The notes below the pieces were generated by a model that was not told where the DNA came from, did no database searches, and saw only the letters and a program-made list of their open reading frames with translations. Positions 12,311 to 22,575 of a stretch of 64,000 bases of DNA are shown in pieces; position 1 is the first letter of the stretch; each line of letters opens with the position of its first letter. A program made the position numbers and the translations under genes. Origin of the DNA: Alphaproteobacteria bacterium (lineage in GTDB: Bacteria > Pseudomonadota > Alphaproteobacteria > GCA-2731375); the NCBI GenBank assembly GCA_965225945.1, contig CBDDBZ010000033.1:224001-288000 (forward strand), read 5' to 3'.

Positions 12311-13167
12311 CCGGTACGTCACGGGCGCGGGGCGACGCCATCGCCTTTTGCGCCGAGGCGGCGCGCGAGCACGATCGGGAACGCTGGCTGGCGACCCTGC
12401 TGGCGCCGGCCGAGACAAGGGCGCCCCTCCTGGCCCTTCTCGCCTTCAACCTCGAACTCGCCAAAATTCATGAAATCGCCAGCGAGCCGATGCTGGGCGA
12501 GATCCGTCTGCAGTGGTGGCGCGAGGCGATCGAGGACATCGTCGAGGGTCGGACCCGCGCCCACCCGGTGGTCCAGGCCCTGGCGCCCTGCCTGGGCGAG
12601 GGCGTGCTCGCGGCCCGAACCTGCCAGGCGCTGATCGACGGACGGGCAGCGGATCTGGACGAAGAGGGGCCGACCGACATGGTGGCGCTGGAGGCCTATG
12701 TCGAGGCGACGGCGGGGCGCCTCAACCTGGCGGTGGCGGAGATTTCCGGACTGGAGGCATCGCTTCGCGAGGCCGCGGGCCAGGTCGGACGGGCCTGGGG
12801 ATTGCTCGGGCTGTTGCGCGCGGTGCCGTTCCACGCCAGGGCCGGCCGGGTGATGTTGCCGGGCGAGGAATTGGCCGCCGCCGGCGTCGCCCGGCGCGAT
12901 GTCGTGGACGGGCGCTTTTCCCCGGCCATGGGCATGATCGTGGCCCTGGTCGCGGCGCGCGCGATCGAATGCCTGGAGGAGGCGCGACGCCTCGCGCCGC
13001 GGATGCCGCCCCGGGCCCGAGCGGCCTTGCTGCCGGCGCCGCTGGCCCGGGCGCATCGCCGGGCCCTCGCAGGCGTGGGCGACAACCCCTTCGCGCTTCG
13101 TTCCGAGCCGGCGAGCGCCGTGGCGCCACTTCGCCTCGCCTGGCACGCCCTACGTGGCCGCATCTAG
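12307..13167 (+). CDS. Squalene/phytoene synthase family (NDUFAF6-like) protein; start uncertain
   Basis: The frame upstream of M12490 reads ...HDRERWLATLLAP...AFNLELAKI...SEPMLGEIRLQWWRE; the only start candidate seen is CTG overlapping the previous stop. Confidence 0.8.
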   Translation: MTGTSRARGDAIAFCAEAAREHDRERWLATLLAPAETRAPLLALLAFNLELAKIHEIASEPMLGEIRLQWWREAIEDIVEGRTRAHPVVQALAPCLGEGVLAARTCQALIDGRAADLDEEGPTDMVALEAYVEATAGRLNLAVAEISGLEASLREAAGQVGRAWGLLGLLRAVPFHARAGRVMLPGEELAAAGVARRDVVDGRFSPAMGMIVALVAARAIECLEEARRLAPRMPPRARAALLPAPLARAHRRALAGVGDNPFALRSEPASAVAPLRLAWHALRGRI

Positions 13168-13306
13168 ACGACCTCTGTCCACGGCGGTTTCGCATTTGCC
13201 TTATGACCCGACCTCGCCGAACATTCGCCGAACGGCAAGGAGGGCCGCGGATGTCGGATGACGACATGGTGATCCCGCGACGCCGCGCGATCCGGTGGGC
13301 TCGGCG

Positions 13307-14311
13307 ATGAGCGGCGGCGGACTTGTCCCCGGCAAGCTTCCCGCCGCGTTGTTGAGCCGGCTGTTGCGGCGCCACGCCCGCGCGGAGCGCGATGTCAAGC
13401 TCGGTCCCGAGATCGGGGAGGACGCGGCCGTCATCGACATCGCCGACGGTGCGCTGGTGGTGGGCGCCGATCCGATCACGCTCACCGGCGGCGAGGTCGG
13501 CGCGCTCGCCGTCCGCGTCAACGCCAACGACGTCGCGGTCATGGGCGTGCGCCCGCGCTGGTTCCTCGCCGTCGTGCTGCTGCCGCCGGGGACCACCGAG
13601 GCGGAGGTCGAGGCGATTTTCGCCGCCATGGGCGCGGTGCTCGACGAGATGGGAATCGCCCTGGTCGGCGGCCACACGGAGGTGACGGGCGCGGTCACGC
13701 AGCCCCTCGTCGTCGGCCAAATGCTGGGCTGGCGGGCCGACGGCCGCTTCGTCGCCACCGGCACCATGAGGGCGGGAGACGCCGTCCTTCAGGTCGGCAT
13801 GGCGCCGGTCGAGGGCGCGGCGGTGCTGGCCGCCGAGGCCGCCGGGCGGCTCGGCGAGCTCGACCCGGAAATCCTCGATAGTGCGTTGCGGGCGGTGGAC
13901 GATCCCGGCATCTCGGTGGTCGAGTCGGCGCTCTTGGCGGCCGAGCTCGGCGCGACGGCGCTTCATGATCCGACCGAGGGCGGGCTTTCCGCCGGCCTGC
14001 ACGAGCTGGCTGCCGCATCGGGCCTGGCCATCGAGATCGATCCAACCGCCGTCCCCTGGTTCCCGCCCGGGCTCGCGATCTGTCGCGCGCTCGATGCCGA
14101 TCCCTGGGGCACGCTGGCCTCCGGCGCGCTCCTCGCCGCCTTCCCGCCGGATAGGGTGGAGGCCGCGCGGGCGGCGCTCGCGGCCGACGGCCGGCCGGCG
14201 GCGATCATCGGGCGGGCGCGGGCGGGCGCGGGCGTGCGGAAAAGCGATGCCACCCCCCTCCCCCGCCACGAACGGGACGAGGTTTCGCGCATTCTGGCCA
14301 CGATTCTGTAA
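13307..14311 (+). CDS. AIR synthase/PurM-like (HypE/ThiL superfamily) protein
   Basis: GEDAAVID, DPIT, VNANDVA, GGHTEVT, HDPTEGG. Confidence 0.85.
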   Translation: MSGGGLVPGKLPAALLSRLLRRHARAERDVKLGPEIGEDAAVIDIADGALVVGADPITLTGGEVGALAVRVNANDVAVMGVRPRWFLAVVLLPPGTTEAEVEAIFAAMGAVLDEMGIALVGGHTEVTGAVTQPLVVGQMLGWRADGRFVATGTMRAGDAVLQVGMAPVEGAAVLAAEAAGRLGELDPEILDSALRAVDDPGISVVESALLAAELGATALHDPTEGGLSAGLHELAAASGLAIEIDPTAVPWFPPGLAICRALDADPWGTLASGALLAAFPPDRVEAARAALAADGRPAAIIGRARAGAGVRKSDATPLPRHERDEVSRILATIL

Positions 14312-14343
14312 TAATGGCGGGAAGCCGAACGGAGGATTCCACC

Positions 14344-14832
14344 ATGTCGAATGTCGCCGAAGCCACCGACAGCCACGAGGAGAAGCGCGACGCGTTGCGC
14401 CGCCGCTACATTGGCGAGCCGGCGCCGGACGCGGAGCCCGTGGCGACCGGCGGCGTCGACCACCTGGCGCTGATCTGTTCCGACATCGCGGCCACCATCG
14501 ATTTCTACACCGAGGCCGTGGGGATGCGGCTCACCAAGGTGGTCCAGAATCGCGACGAGCCGACCTCGACCCACATCTTTCTCGACATGGGCGGCGGCAA
14601 TCAGCTCGCCTTCTTCGACTTTCCCGAGCACGGACCGGCGCCGACGGTGCGCGGCATCGGCAGCATGCACCATGTCGCGCTGAAGGCGACGGCGGAGAAC
14701 TACCAGCGAATCGTCCAGGGCCTGAAGGCCCAGGGGATCGATCACTCGATCCACGGCTCCGAAGCCAAGGGAAGCGTCTATATGCGCGATCCCGACGGAA
14801 TCCTGGTGGAAGTCACGACCGGCTATGACTGA
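14344..14832 (+). CDS. VOC/glyoxalase family protein
   Basis: GVDHLAL...FY...GM, MHHVAL, YMRDPDGILVE; RBS GGAGG. Confidence 0.88.
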   Translation: MSNVAEATDSHEEKRDALRRRYIGEPAPDAEPVATGGVDHLALICSDIAATIDFYTEAVGMRLTKVVQNRDEPTSTHIFLDMGGGNQLAFFDFPEHGPAPTVRGIGSMHHVALKATAENYQRIVQGLKAQGIDHSIHGSEAKGSVYMRDPDGILVEVTTGYD

Positions 14833-16271
14833 GTCCCGCCGAGCGCCAGGCTGAGCGGGGCGATCTCCTCGGCCGTCCGGCGCGCATAGTCGAGCTCGGG
14901 GACCAACTCGATCATCCGCGCCTGCGCCGCCTCCAGACGGCCGGCGGCATCTTGCGCATCGAGTTCCAGGGCCTTGCCGCCCGCGACGACCCGTCGTCCA
15001 TCGACGTAGACCTCGACCACGGCGCGGTCGGCGGCGTGATAGATCAGGCTCTTCAACGGATCGCGCACCGGCCGCATCGCCGGATGAGCGAGGTCGACCA
15101 GAACGATGTCGGCCTTGCAGTCGACCGCGAGCCGGCCGAGATCGTCGCGCCCCAAGGCGCGTGCCCCGCCGACCGTCGCCATGTGGATCAGATCGCCGGC
15201 CGTCGAGGCGTGCACGTCCTTGCTCGCCACGTGGCTCAAGATCAGGGCGAGGCGCATTTCCTCCAACAGATTGTGGGGTGCCACGTCGGTGCCGAGGCCC
15301 ATGGCGACGCCGGCGCGGAGGTAGGCGCCGACATCCTCCAACTTGTCGCCGTAGCGCGCGAAGGGCGAGGGGCAATGCGCCACCGTCGCCCCGCTTTCCG
15401 CCAGCAGCGACAGGTCGCGCCGGCCATGCCAGCGAAGCGAGGAATGGCTGTCGATGAACAGGCAATGGCCGAGGATCGTTCTCGGGCTCAGGATGCCGAG
15501 TTCGTGGGCGAACTGGACCGGCGTCTTGCCATGGCGGCGGACGATCTCGTTGAACTCGACCACACTCTGCGAGATATGGGTGGTGAAGGGCCGCCCGCCG
15601 GTTTCGGCGAGGTCGAAGGCCTCGCGAAACAGCTCCTCGCTACAGGTCTCGATCTGGGCCGGAAAGACGATGCCCGAAAGCCGACCCGAGGGGTGGCGCT
15701 CCGCCGCCTCGATCAGCCGCGACGCGGTCTCCAAGCCCTGCTTGCCCACCGCCTCGTCCCAATCGAAGCATAACTCCCAGGCATTCTCCAGGCGCCAGCG
15801 GGCCGACTGGAAGGCAGGCCCGACGACGGCGCGGAGACCACTTCTCGCCAACAGGTCGAGCCAACCTTCCATCGGCGCCGAAAGCTCGACCAGCGTCGTG
15901 ACGCCCGAACAGAGGAGATCGGCATAGGCGAGCTCGGCACCCGCCCGCCGGCCCTCCTCGTCGAGCCGGAAGGCCTGCGACCGCTCGTAGAGGCCGGTCA
16001 TGTACTGCTCCGGCACGCCGTGCTCCTCGCGGATGCCCTTGTAGGCCGGCTCGGTCTGCGGGTGGCTATGGAGGTTGATCAGGCCCGGCATCACCAGCCG
16101 GTCGCGGCCGTCGACGATCGCGTCCACGGGCCCGTCGTGTCCGGCGCCGACATGGGTGATGACGTCGTCGGCGAAGACGACATCGACGTCACGCGCGTAG
16201 ATCTGGCAACCCGCCGCCGGGTCCCAAAGCACGGCCCATGCCGCGTTCTCGATCTTGGTGGTTCGAGACAT
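14823..16271 (-). CDS. Metal-dependent amidohydrolase (deaminase/chlorohydrolase-like)
   Basis: PGLINLHSH (HxH), LGHC, GLGTD, ADIVLVD; RBS GGAGG. Confidence 0.88.
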   Translation of the reverse strand: MSRTTKIENAAWAVLWDPAAGCQIYARDVDVVFADDVITHVGAGHDGPVDAIVDGRDRLVMPGLINLHSHPQTEPAYKGIREEHGVPEQYMTGLYERSQAFRLDEEGRRAGAELAYADLLCSGVTTLVELSAPMEGWLDLLARSGLRAVVGPAFQSARWRLENAWELCFDWDEAVGKQGLETASRLIEAAERHPSGRLSGIVFPAQIETCSEELFREAFDLAETGGRPFTTHISQSVVEFNEIVRRHGKTPVQFAHELGILSPRTILGHCLFIDSHSSLRWHGRRDLSLLAESGATVAHCPSPFARYGDKLEDVGAYLRAGVAMGLGTDVAPHNLLEEMRLALILSHVASKDVHASTAGDLIHMATVGGARALGRDDLGRLAVDCKADIVLVDLAHPAMRPVRDPLKSLIYHAADRAVVEVYVDGRRVVAGGKALELDAQDAAGRLEAAQARMIELVPELDYARRTAEEIAPLSLALGGTQS

Positions 16272-16495
16272 TCGCGTTCCTCCCCATAGAGTCTGGCCAG
16301 TCCGCGCGCAAGGGGCGGGTGGTCGAGAAAATGTCGGTTGCACTGCTCCCCGGTTTAGAGCGATGCTGTGGCGGCTTCAATATCCTCGGGCCGCGCCTCG
16401 GAGGTGCTCCATGCGCCGCCAGAGGATCGATGACCGGGGGGTACCGTGACCGGATTGATCCTTGGAGCCTCGTCAAACAGGGGGGGAGACTCTTC

Positions 16496-17641
16496 ATGAC
16501 CACGGATACCACCAAGAAAACAAGCAGCAGCCGCCGCCGGTTCCTCAAGAGCGCCAGCGTCGCGAGCGCCGGCGCCGTGGCCGCCGTGGGGACGGCGCAG
16601 ACACTCGGCTTCCCCTATATTCGCGACGCGAAAGCCGCCACGACCACCACCTGGAAAATTCAAACCTCATGGCCCGGCGGCATCGGCCTCGAGCTTTTCA
16701 AGGACTGGTGCAACGGCATCAAGGAGAAGTCCGGCGGCGAACTGGCGTTCAAGCCCTTCGGGGCCAAGGACGTGGTCGGCGAGTGGCAGCTGTTCGATGC
16801 CGTCAAGAACGGCGTCCTCGACGCCATGAATCCGTTCACCCTCTATTGGGCGGGGCGGATGCCGGCGTCCGTGTTCTTCAGCTCCTATCCGCTGGGGCTG
16901 CGTACGGAGGGCGAGTGGGACACCTTCTTCTACGGCCTCGGCGGCCGTGAGATCGCCCGCGAGCTGTTTGCCAGGTTCGACATGTTCTACGTCGGGCACA
17001 TCCAGCACGGGCCCAACATCATCCACTCGAAAGTGCCGATCCGCTCCATCGACGACTTCAAGGGCCGCAAGATGCGTGTCCCGGGCGGCATGGTGGCCGA
17101 GCTGTTCTCGGCGGCGGGGGCCAAGACGACCCTGCTTCCGGGCTCGGAAATCTTCGCCGCGTTGGAGAAGGAGACCATCGACGTAGCCGACTACGTGGGC
17201 CCGGCCATCAACTACGCGCTGGGCTTCCATCAGGTGACCAAGTACATCTCCATGGGCCCGGCGGGCTTCATGTCGATTTACCAGCCGGTCGACCTCATGG
17301 ACCTGACGGTGGGCATGAAAAGTTGGAACGCGCTGTCTCCGCGGATGAAGGAGTTCGTGGAATGCGAGGTGCACTCTTACTCCGACCATCATTTCGCGGG
17401 CATCCAGAAGGCCGACCAGGACGCCTGGAAGAAATTCACCGAGGCGGGCACGGTGGTGACCCGTCTGTCGGGGGATGACGTGGATGCGTTCACCAAGCTG
17501 GCCGTGCCGTTGTGGTTCAAATGGGCCAACAAGGACAAGGACGCGGCCCGGGTGTTCAAGATCCAGCTCGATTACATGATGTCGGGCAGCCTCGGCTACG
17601 TGACTCCAGACATGATCAAGGGCCACACGCTCAAACTGTAA
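16496..17641 (+). CDS. dctP: TRAP transporter solute-binding protein with Tat signal
   Basis: SRRRFLK twin-arginine signal, WKIQTSWP, DFKGRKMR; followed by dctQ and dctM. Confidence 0.9.
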   Translation: MTTDTTKKTSSSRRRFLKSASVASAGAVAAVGTAQTLGFPYIRDAKAATTTTWKIQTSWPGGIGLELFKDWCNGIKEKSGGELAFKPFGAKDVVGEWQLFDAVKNGVLDAMNPFTLYWAGRMPASVFFSSYPLGLRTEGEWDTFFYGLGGREIARELFARFDMFYVGHIQHGPNIIHSKVPIRSIDDFKGRKMRVPGGMVAELFSAAGAKTTLLPGSEIFAALEKETIDVADYVGPAINYALGFHQVTKYISMGPAGFMSIYQPVDLMDLTVGMKSWNALSPRMKEFVECEVHSYSDHHFAGIQKADQDAWKKFTEAGTVVTRLSGDDVDAFTKLAVPLWFKWANKDKDAARVFKIQLDYMMSGSLGYVTPDMIKGHTLKL

Positions 17642-17680
17642 GGAGCGCGGTATCCCCCAGGGTCGGAGACCCACAAATCC

Positions 17681-17714
17681 GGGGGGGGGCGCCCATTGCG
17701 GCGCCCCCTTCGTT
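17681..17714 (+). terminator. GC-rich hairpin after dctP (terminator or mRNA-stabilising stem)
   Basis: GGGGGGCGC...GCGCCCCC followed by TTCGTT. Confidence 0.5.
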
Positions 17715-17748
17715 ATGGGCGCGCGGGTGACTGCCCGGGATCGGTGAC

Positions 17749-18879
17749 ATGCCAAGCCTGACGTTCATCCTGCCCCACTGGCTGTACTGGTCGGGTCTTC
17801 TGTTGTTTCCGTTGGCCGCCATGTTCATCGTGCGGCGCCAGGTGGCGAAGCCCGAAGCAAAGACCGTGACCCTTCCCATCGCCTATCTTCTGTGGCTTTT
17901 CGGCGGATTCGTCGGGCTGCACCGGTTTTACCTGCGCAGTTTCCTGGGCGCGCTCTACATCCCGCTCTTTGTCGCCATCCTTTTCGGCAACGTCCGCGGG
18001 CGCGAGGCGCGGAACCGGATATCCGGCGCCCGCAACGACCTCATGGGCGCCGAGTTCGACGTCGAGCGCTTCCAAAAGGCCGTCGAGCAGGGCAAGGACG
18101 CGGCCCAGGCGATGCTCGCCAAGGCCGAGCAGGCGCTGGCCGCGATGCACGACCTCTTCGCGGCGGCGAGCGCCAGCTTCGAGCAGTGGCAGACGGTTTC
18201 CGGCGGGTTCGCCATCGCCATCGCCGTGCTGCTGCTGATCGATGCCGTCCTGCTGCCCCGGCTGGCGCGGGCTTGCGCGGAACGGGAGGAGGAGGCGGCA
18301 AAGGTGGCCGGCAAACGGCCCGCCGAGGTGATCGAGGAGGTCACGGGGCCGGCGGCCGACGTCGAGCAGGCGCGGGAGGTGCATGACTACATCACCAACG
18401 CCATCGACAAGATCAACGGCTTCTGTGGGGAGTTCGTCTGCTACTGGTCGGTGATCGCGGTGTTCGTCTACTACTACGAGGTCATCGCCCGCTACGTCTT
18501 CAATTCGCCCACCAATTGGGCGCACGAAAGCATGTTCCTGATGTTCGGCATGCAGTACCTGCTGGCCGGTGCCTATGCCCTGCGCGAGGACTCCCACGTG
18601 CGCGTCGACGTGCTTTACCTCCTGCTCTCCGATCGCGCCAAGGTGATCACCGACATCACCACCTCCGTCTTCTTCTTCCTTTTCACCTCCACCCTGCTGG
18701 TCACCGGCTGGATCTTCTTGATGGACTCCATCGACGTCATGGAGGTGTCCTTCACCGAATGGGCGGTCCAGTACTGGCCGATCAAAATCTCCATCGTCCT
18801 CGGGGCCGTGCTGATCATCCTTCAAGGGCTCTCCAAGCTGATCAAGGACGTCCGGCTGCTGACCCGGGCGGGGGCGTAG
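17749..18879 (+). CDS. dctQ: TRAP small permease DctQ fused to an N-terminal TM2 domain
   Basis: AYLLWLFGGFVGLHRFYL (TM2 motif); C-terminal EVIARYVFNSPTNWAHE...HVRVD. Confidence 0.85.
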   Translation: MPSLTFILPHWLYWSGLLLFPLAAMFIVRRQVAKPEAKTVTLPIAYLLWLFGGFVGLHRFYLRSFLGALYIPLFVAILFGNVRGREARNRISGARNDLMGAEFDVERFQKAVEQGKDAAQAMLAKAEQALAAMHDLFAAASASFEQWQTVSGGFAIAIAVLLLIDAVLLPRLARACAEREEEAAKVAGKRPAEVIEEVTGPAADVEQAREVHDYITNAIDKINGFCGEFVCYWSVIAVFVYYYEVIARYVFNSPTNWAHESMFLMFGMQYLLAGAYALREDSHVRVDVLYLLLSDRAKVITDITTSVFFFLFTSTLLVTGWIFLMDSIDVMEVSFTEWAVQYWPIKISIVLGAVLIILQGLSKLIKDVRLLTRAGA

Positions 18880-18882
18880 CCC

Positions 18883-20247
18883 ATGGGCCTCGAGATCGAC
18901 ATCGGCTGGCTCACCCTGCTCATGTTCGGGTCGCTGGTGATCCTCTTGCTGGCGGGATTGCCGCTGGCCTTCGTGACCGGCGGCCTGGCGTGCATTTTCC
19001 TCTTCGTGTTCGGCGACGCGCGGATGCTCAACATCCTGCCGTCGCGCATCTACCCGTTCATGACCGACTATCAGCTGTCGGCCATCCCGCTGTTCATCTT
19101 CATGGCCTCCATGCTCGAGCGCGCCGGCCTCATCGAAGAGATGTTCGACGTCATCTACAAGATTCTCGGCGGCCTCAAGGGCGGCCTGGCGGTGGCGACC
19201 ATCATCGCCTCGACCATCCTCGCCGCGATGGTCGGCGTCATCGGCGCGGCCGAGGTGACCATGGGCATCATCGCGCTGCCGGCCATGCTCAAGCGCAAGT
19301 ACCACCCGGAGCTGGCGTGTGGCTCCATCCTCGCCGGCGGGACCCTGGGCATCCTGATCCCGCCGTCGATCCTCGCCATCCTGTTCGCGGTCGTCGCCCA
19401 GCAATCGGTGGGCGAGTTGTTCATCGGCGCCGTCATCCCGGGCCTATTGCTGTCGGGCCTCTATATCCTCTACGTGATCGGGCGCAGCTACCTCGACCCG
19501 GCGGTGGGGCCGGCGCTGCCGCCCGAAGAGAGGATCGGCTCGCGCGAGAAGGTCCGCCTGCTAGGGGGCATGATCCCACCCATCATTCTGGTGATTCTGG
19601 TGCTGGGCGTGATCTTCACGGGCGTGGCGACGCCGGTGGAGGCGGCTGGCATCGGCACCTTCGGCGCCATCGTCGTCGCCGCCTTCTACCGGCGCCTGTC
19701 GTGGAGCGGGCTCCGGCAAGCATCGCTGACCACGCTCAAGGCGACGGCCATGGTGCTGTGGATCATCTTCGGCGCCTCGATCTTCGTCGGCTTTTACATC
19801 GTCAGCGGCGGCCAGCAGTTCGTCACCGACAGCCTGCTCGGCACCGGTCTCGGCTCGTATGGCATTTTGCTCATCATGATGATCATGCTGGTGATCCTCG
19901 GCATGTTTCTCGACTGGGTCGGCATCCTGCTGCTGGCGGTTCCGATCTTCGCGCCGATCATGCTGACGCTTCCGTGGGACGGCGTTTTCGGGCTGCCTGG
20001 AGTGGCTCGCGAGGACGTGCCGCTGTGGTTCGGCGTCGTCTACATGGTCAACATGCAGATGTCGTTCCTCAGCCCGCCCTTCGGATACGCGCTGTTCTAC
20101 CTGAAGAGTGTCGCCCCGCCCGAGATCACCATGGCCATCATCTTCCGCTCCGCCATCCCGTTCCTCATCCTCCAGGCGGTGGGGCTGGCGGTGTGCATCA
20201 TCTTCCCGGATATCGTGCTGTGGCTGCCGCGCCAGATTTACGGCTAG
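18883..20247 (+). CDS. dctM: TRAP large permease DctM
   Basis: AIPLFIFM, GGTLGILIPPS, TPVEAAG, LSPPFG. Confidence 0.93.
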   Translation: MGLEIDIGWLTLLMFGSLVILLLAGLPLAFVTGGLACIFLFVFGDARMLNILPSRIYPFMTDYQLSAIPLFIFMASMLERAGLIEEMFDVIYKILGGLKGGLAVATIIASTILAAMVGVIGAAEVTMGIIALPAMLKRKYHPELACGSILAGGTLGILIPPSILAILFAVVAQQSVGELFIGAVIPGLLLSGLYILYVIGRSYLDPAVGPALPPEERIGSREKVRLLGGMIPPIILVILVLGVIFTGVATPVEAAGIGTFGAIVVAAFYRRLSWSGLRQASLTTLKATAMVLWIIFGASIFVGFYIVSGGQQFVTDSLLGTGLGSYGILLIMMIMLVILGMFLDWVGILLLAVPIFAPIMLTLPWDGVFGLPGVAREDVPLWFGVVYMVNMQMSFLSPPFGYALFYLKSVAPPEITMAIIFRSAIPFLILQAVGLAVCIIFPDIVLWLPRQIYG

Positions 20248-20258
20248 AGCACGGCGCC

Positions 20259-21023
20259 TCACATCAGCGACTGGGCCTCGTCGATCGCAATGACCGAGCC
20301 GGTCATGAAGGCGGAGCGGGAGGAGGCCAGCAACAGCACCAGGCCGTCGAGATCCGAGGGCTGGCCGAGCTTTCGGGCCGGAAAACGGCGGATCAGCGCC
20401 TTGCCGCTCTCGCTCTGCCAATGGGCGCGGTTCATCTCGGTCTCGATGTAGCCGGGGCAAATGGCGTTCACCTGGATCGAATAGCGGATCCACTCGATCG
20501 CCATCGCCTTGGTCATCTGCGCGATCGCCGCCTTCGAGATGGCATAGAGCGCGAGTTGCGGCAGCACCTTCAAGCCCAAGAACGAGGACATGTTGATGAT
20601 CTTGCCGCCTTCGCCGCGATCGATCATGCGGCGCGCGACCGCCTGGGCGGCGAAGAAGGCGCCCTTGACGTTGGTGTCCATCACCCCGTCATAGTCCTGG
20701 ACGGTGCAATCGATGGCCGGCTTGGTCACGGCGATGCCAGCGTTGTTGAGCAGGATATCGATGGCGCCCAGTCGGCCCGCGGTAAGTGCCACGCCCGCCT
20801 CGATCGAGGCTGGATCCACCACGTCCATTTCGACCGCCAAGGCGGTGCCGCCCCGGGTCTCGATCCGAGCGGCCAAATCGTCCAGCCGATCGCGCCGGCG
20901 CGCGGTGATTGCGACCCGCGCGCCCGCCGCCGCCAGGGTCGTCGCCAGATGTTCGCCGAGGCCGCTCGACGCGCCCGTGACCAACGCCACCTTGCCGGCG
21001 AGCTCGCCCGTCTCCCTACTCAT
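20259..21023 (-). CDS. Short-chain dehydrogenase/reductase
   Basis: TGASSGLG, NNAG, YAISK, VNAICPG. Confidence 0.93.
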   Translation of the reverse strand: MSRETGELAGKVALVTGASSGLGEHLATTLAAAGARVAITARRRDRLDDLAARIETRGGTALAVEMDVVDPASIEAGVALTAGRLGAIDILLNNAGIAVTKPAIDCTVQDYDGVMDTNVKGAFFAAQAVARRMIDRGEGGKIINMSSFLGLKVLPQLALYAISKAAIAQMTKAMAIEWIRYSIQVNAICPGYIETEMNRAHWQSESGKALIRRFPARKLGQPSDLDGLVLLLASSRSAFMTGSVIAIDEAQSLM

Positions 21024-21161
21024 AGCCGCCTTCCTCCCCCGTCCGACCGACCGAGGGGACCATCACGGCCCGCCAGCGCTCCGGTCGAGGGCGTCGCCGC
21101 GCGAACCACTCCTTAACCGATTCAGGGTAGCATCCGAGTCGAAATTCGAGGAGTTCCCTAA

Positions 21162-22490
21162 ATGAACGTCACTGCGCGCGTTCTCGTCGTCGCCCCGCGC
21201 GAGGCTTACCCGGACATCGGGACGCAGCTCGAGGCGCAAGGCTATGCCAGCCGGACGGCGCACGACTTCGAGGAAGCGCGAGCTTTGAGCCGCGAGACGC
21301 CACCAGACATCGCCATCGTGGCCGCGATGGGTCCCGATGATCCGCGACCGGCGAACGTGGGGTGGGCGCTCGGGCGAGGTCCGGACGACGACCCGCTGCC
21401 GATCCTCTATATCGCCGATGCCGACACCGGCGGCGAGGCACCGCTCGACGATGGTTTGACCGAGTACCTCTCGCCGAGTTTCTCCGAAATCGAGCTGCTG
21501 GCACGACTTCGCGGCCTGACCCGGCTCGCGACGATGCGCGAAGAACTCAACCGGCGCGCCGCCACGACCCGCAGCTACGGCGTCCAGGGACAAGAGGCGT
21601 CTCGGCCGCCGACCACGGTGAGCGACGCCCGATTGCTCCTGGTGGCGGAGAACGACGTCAACGTCGCCCCCTTCCACGCGACGCTGGGTCGCGAAGCGGC
21701 GTTGGCGCTGGTACCCGACCGGGAAGAGGCCGTCCAGCGCCTCGAGCGCGATTCCTTCGACGCGCTGCTCGCCTTCGCCGTCGACGGCGCGGGCAAATGG
21801 CTCGACCTGTTTCATTCGATCCGCGGCAACTCCCGCCTCTACAACCTGCCGATCCTGGTGATCACCAAATCCGCCGACGAGGCCTTCAAGGCCGATGCCT
21901 TCGCGGCCGGTGTCAACGACGTGCTGGCCCAAGACGCCCCGCCGGAGGAAGTCGCCTTCCGCGTGACCAATCAGGTGCGACAGCAGCGCTATCGCTTGTC
22001 GATGCAAGCGATTTACCGCGAGGCGCGCCACCTGGTGACCAGCGATAGCCTGACCGGCCTCTACACGCGGGGTTTCCTCCAGGCCCATCTCGCCACACAA
22101 CTGGCCGAAGCGGAGGTCTCCGAGAAACCGCTGACGCTCGCAATCATGAAGCTGGAAACGCTTTCCTCGGTCAATCAGACCCTGGGCTATGCGGCCGGCG
22201 ACCAGCTTCTTCGCCAGGTCGGCGGCATGATCGGCACGCTGGTCCGGGGCGAGGATCTGGCAGCGCGCCATCGCGGCGATACCTATGCCGTCGTCATGCC
22301 GGATACGATCCTGGCGGACGCCCGAATCGTCACCGGAAGGCTTTGCGGGGTAGTCAACAACAGCAGCTACGCCTTGCCCGACGCCGCCTCGCCCGTGACC
22401 ACGCGCCTCACGACCTGTTGCGTCGAGCGGGTTTCGGGCGACAGCGCCGATACCTTGCTCCGTCGCGCCCGCCTCGGCCTGAAAGGCTGA
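21162..22490 (+). CDS. PleD/PopA-like REC-REC-GGDEF protein with degenerate active site
   Basis: DSLTGLY..., N..LG..AGD; RGED I-site; RGDTY in place of GGEEF. Confidence 0.8.
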   Translation: MNVTARVLVVAPREAYPDIGTQLEAQGYASRTAHDFEEARALSRETPPDIAIVAAMGPDDPRPANVGWALGRGPDDDPLPILYIADADTGGEAPLDDGLTEYLSPSFSEIELLARLRGLTRLATMREELNRRAATTRSYGVQGQEASRPPTTVSDARLLLVAENDVNVAPFHATLGREAALALVPDREEAVQRLERDSFDALLAFAVDGAGKWLDLFHSIRGNSRLYNLPILVITKSADEAFKADAFAAGVNDVLAQDAPPEEVAFRVTNQVRQQRYRLSMQAIYREARHLVTSDSLTGLYTRGFLQAHLATQLAEAEVSEKPLTLAIMKLETLSSVNQTLGYAAGDQLLRQVGGMIGTLVRGEDLAARHRGDTYAVVMPDTILADARIVTGRLCGVVNNSSYALPDAASPVTTRLTTCCVERVSGDSADTLLRRARLGLKG

Positions 22491-22575
22491 GACCAATCGA
22501 GGTGAGTCCCGGCCGTCCCGGCCGCGCGGGCGAAGCCCCTTAACGTCCGCGTCGGCTCGGGGTAAAGTCCGAGCC

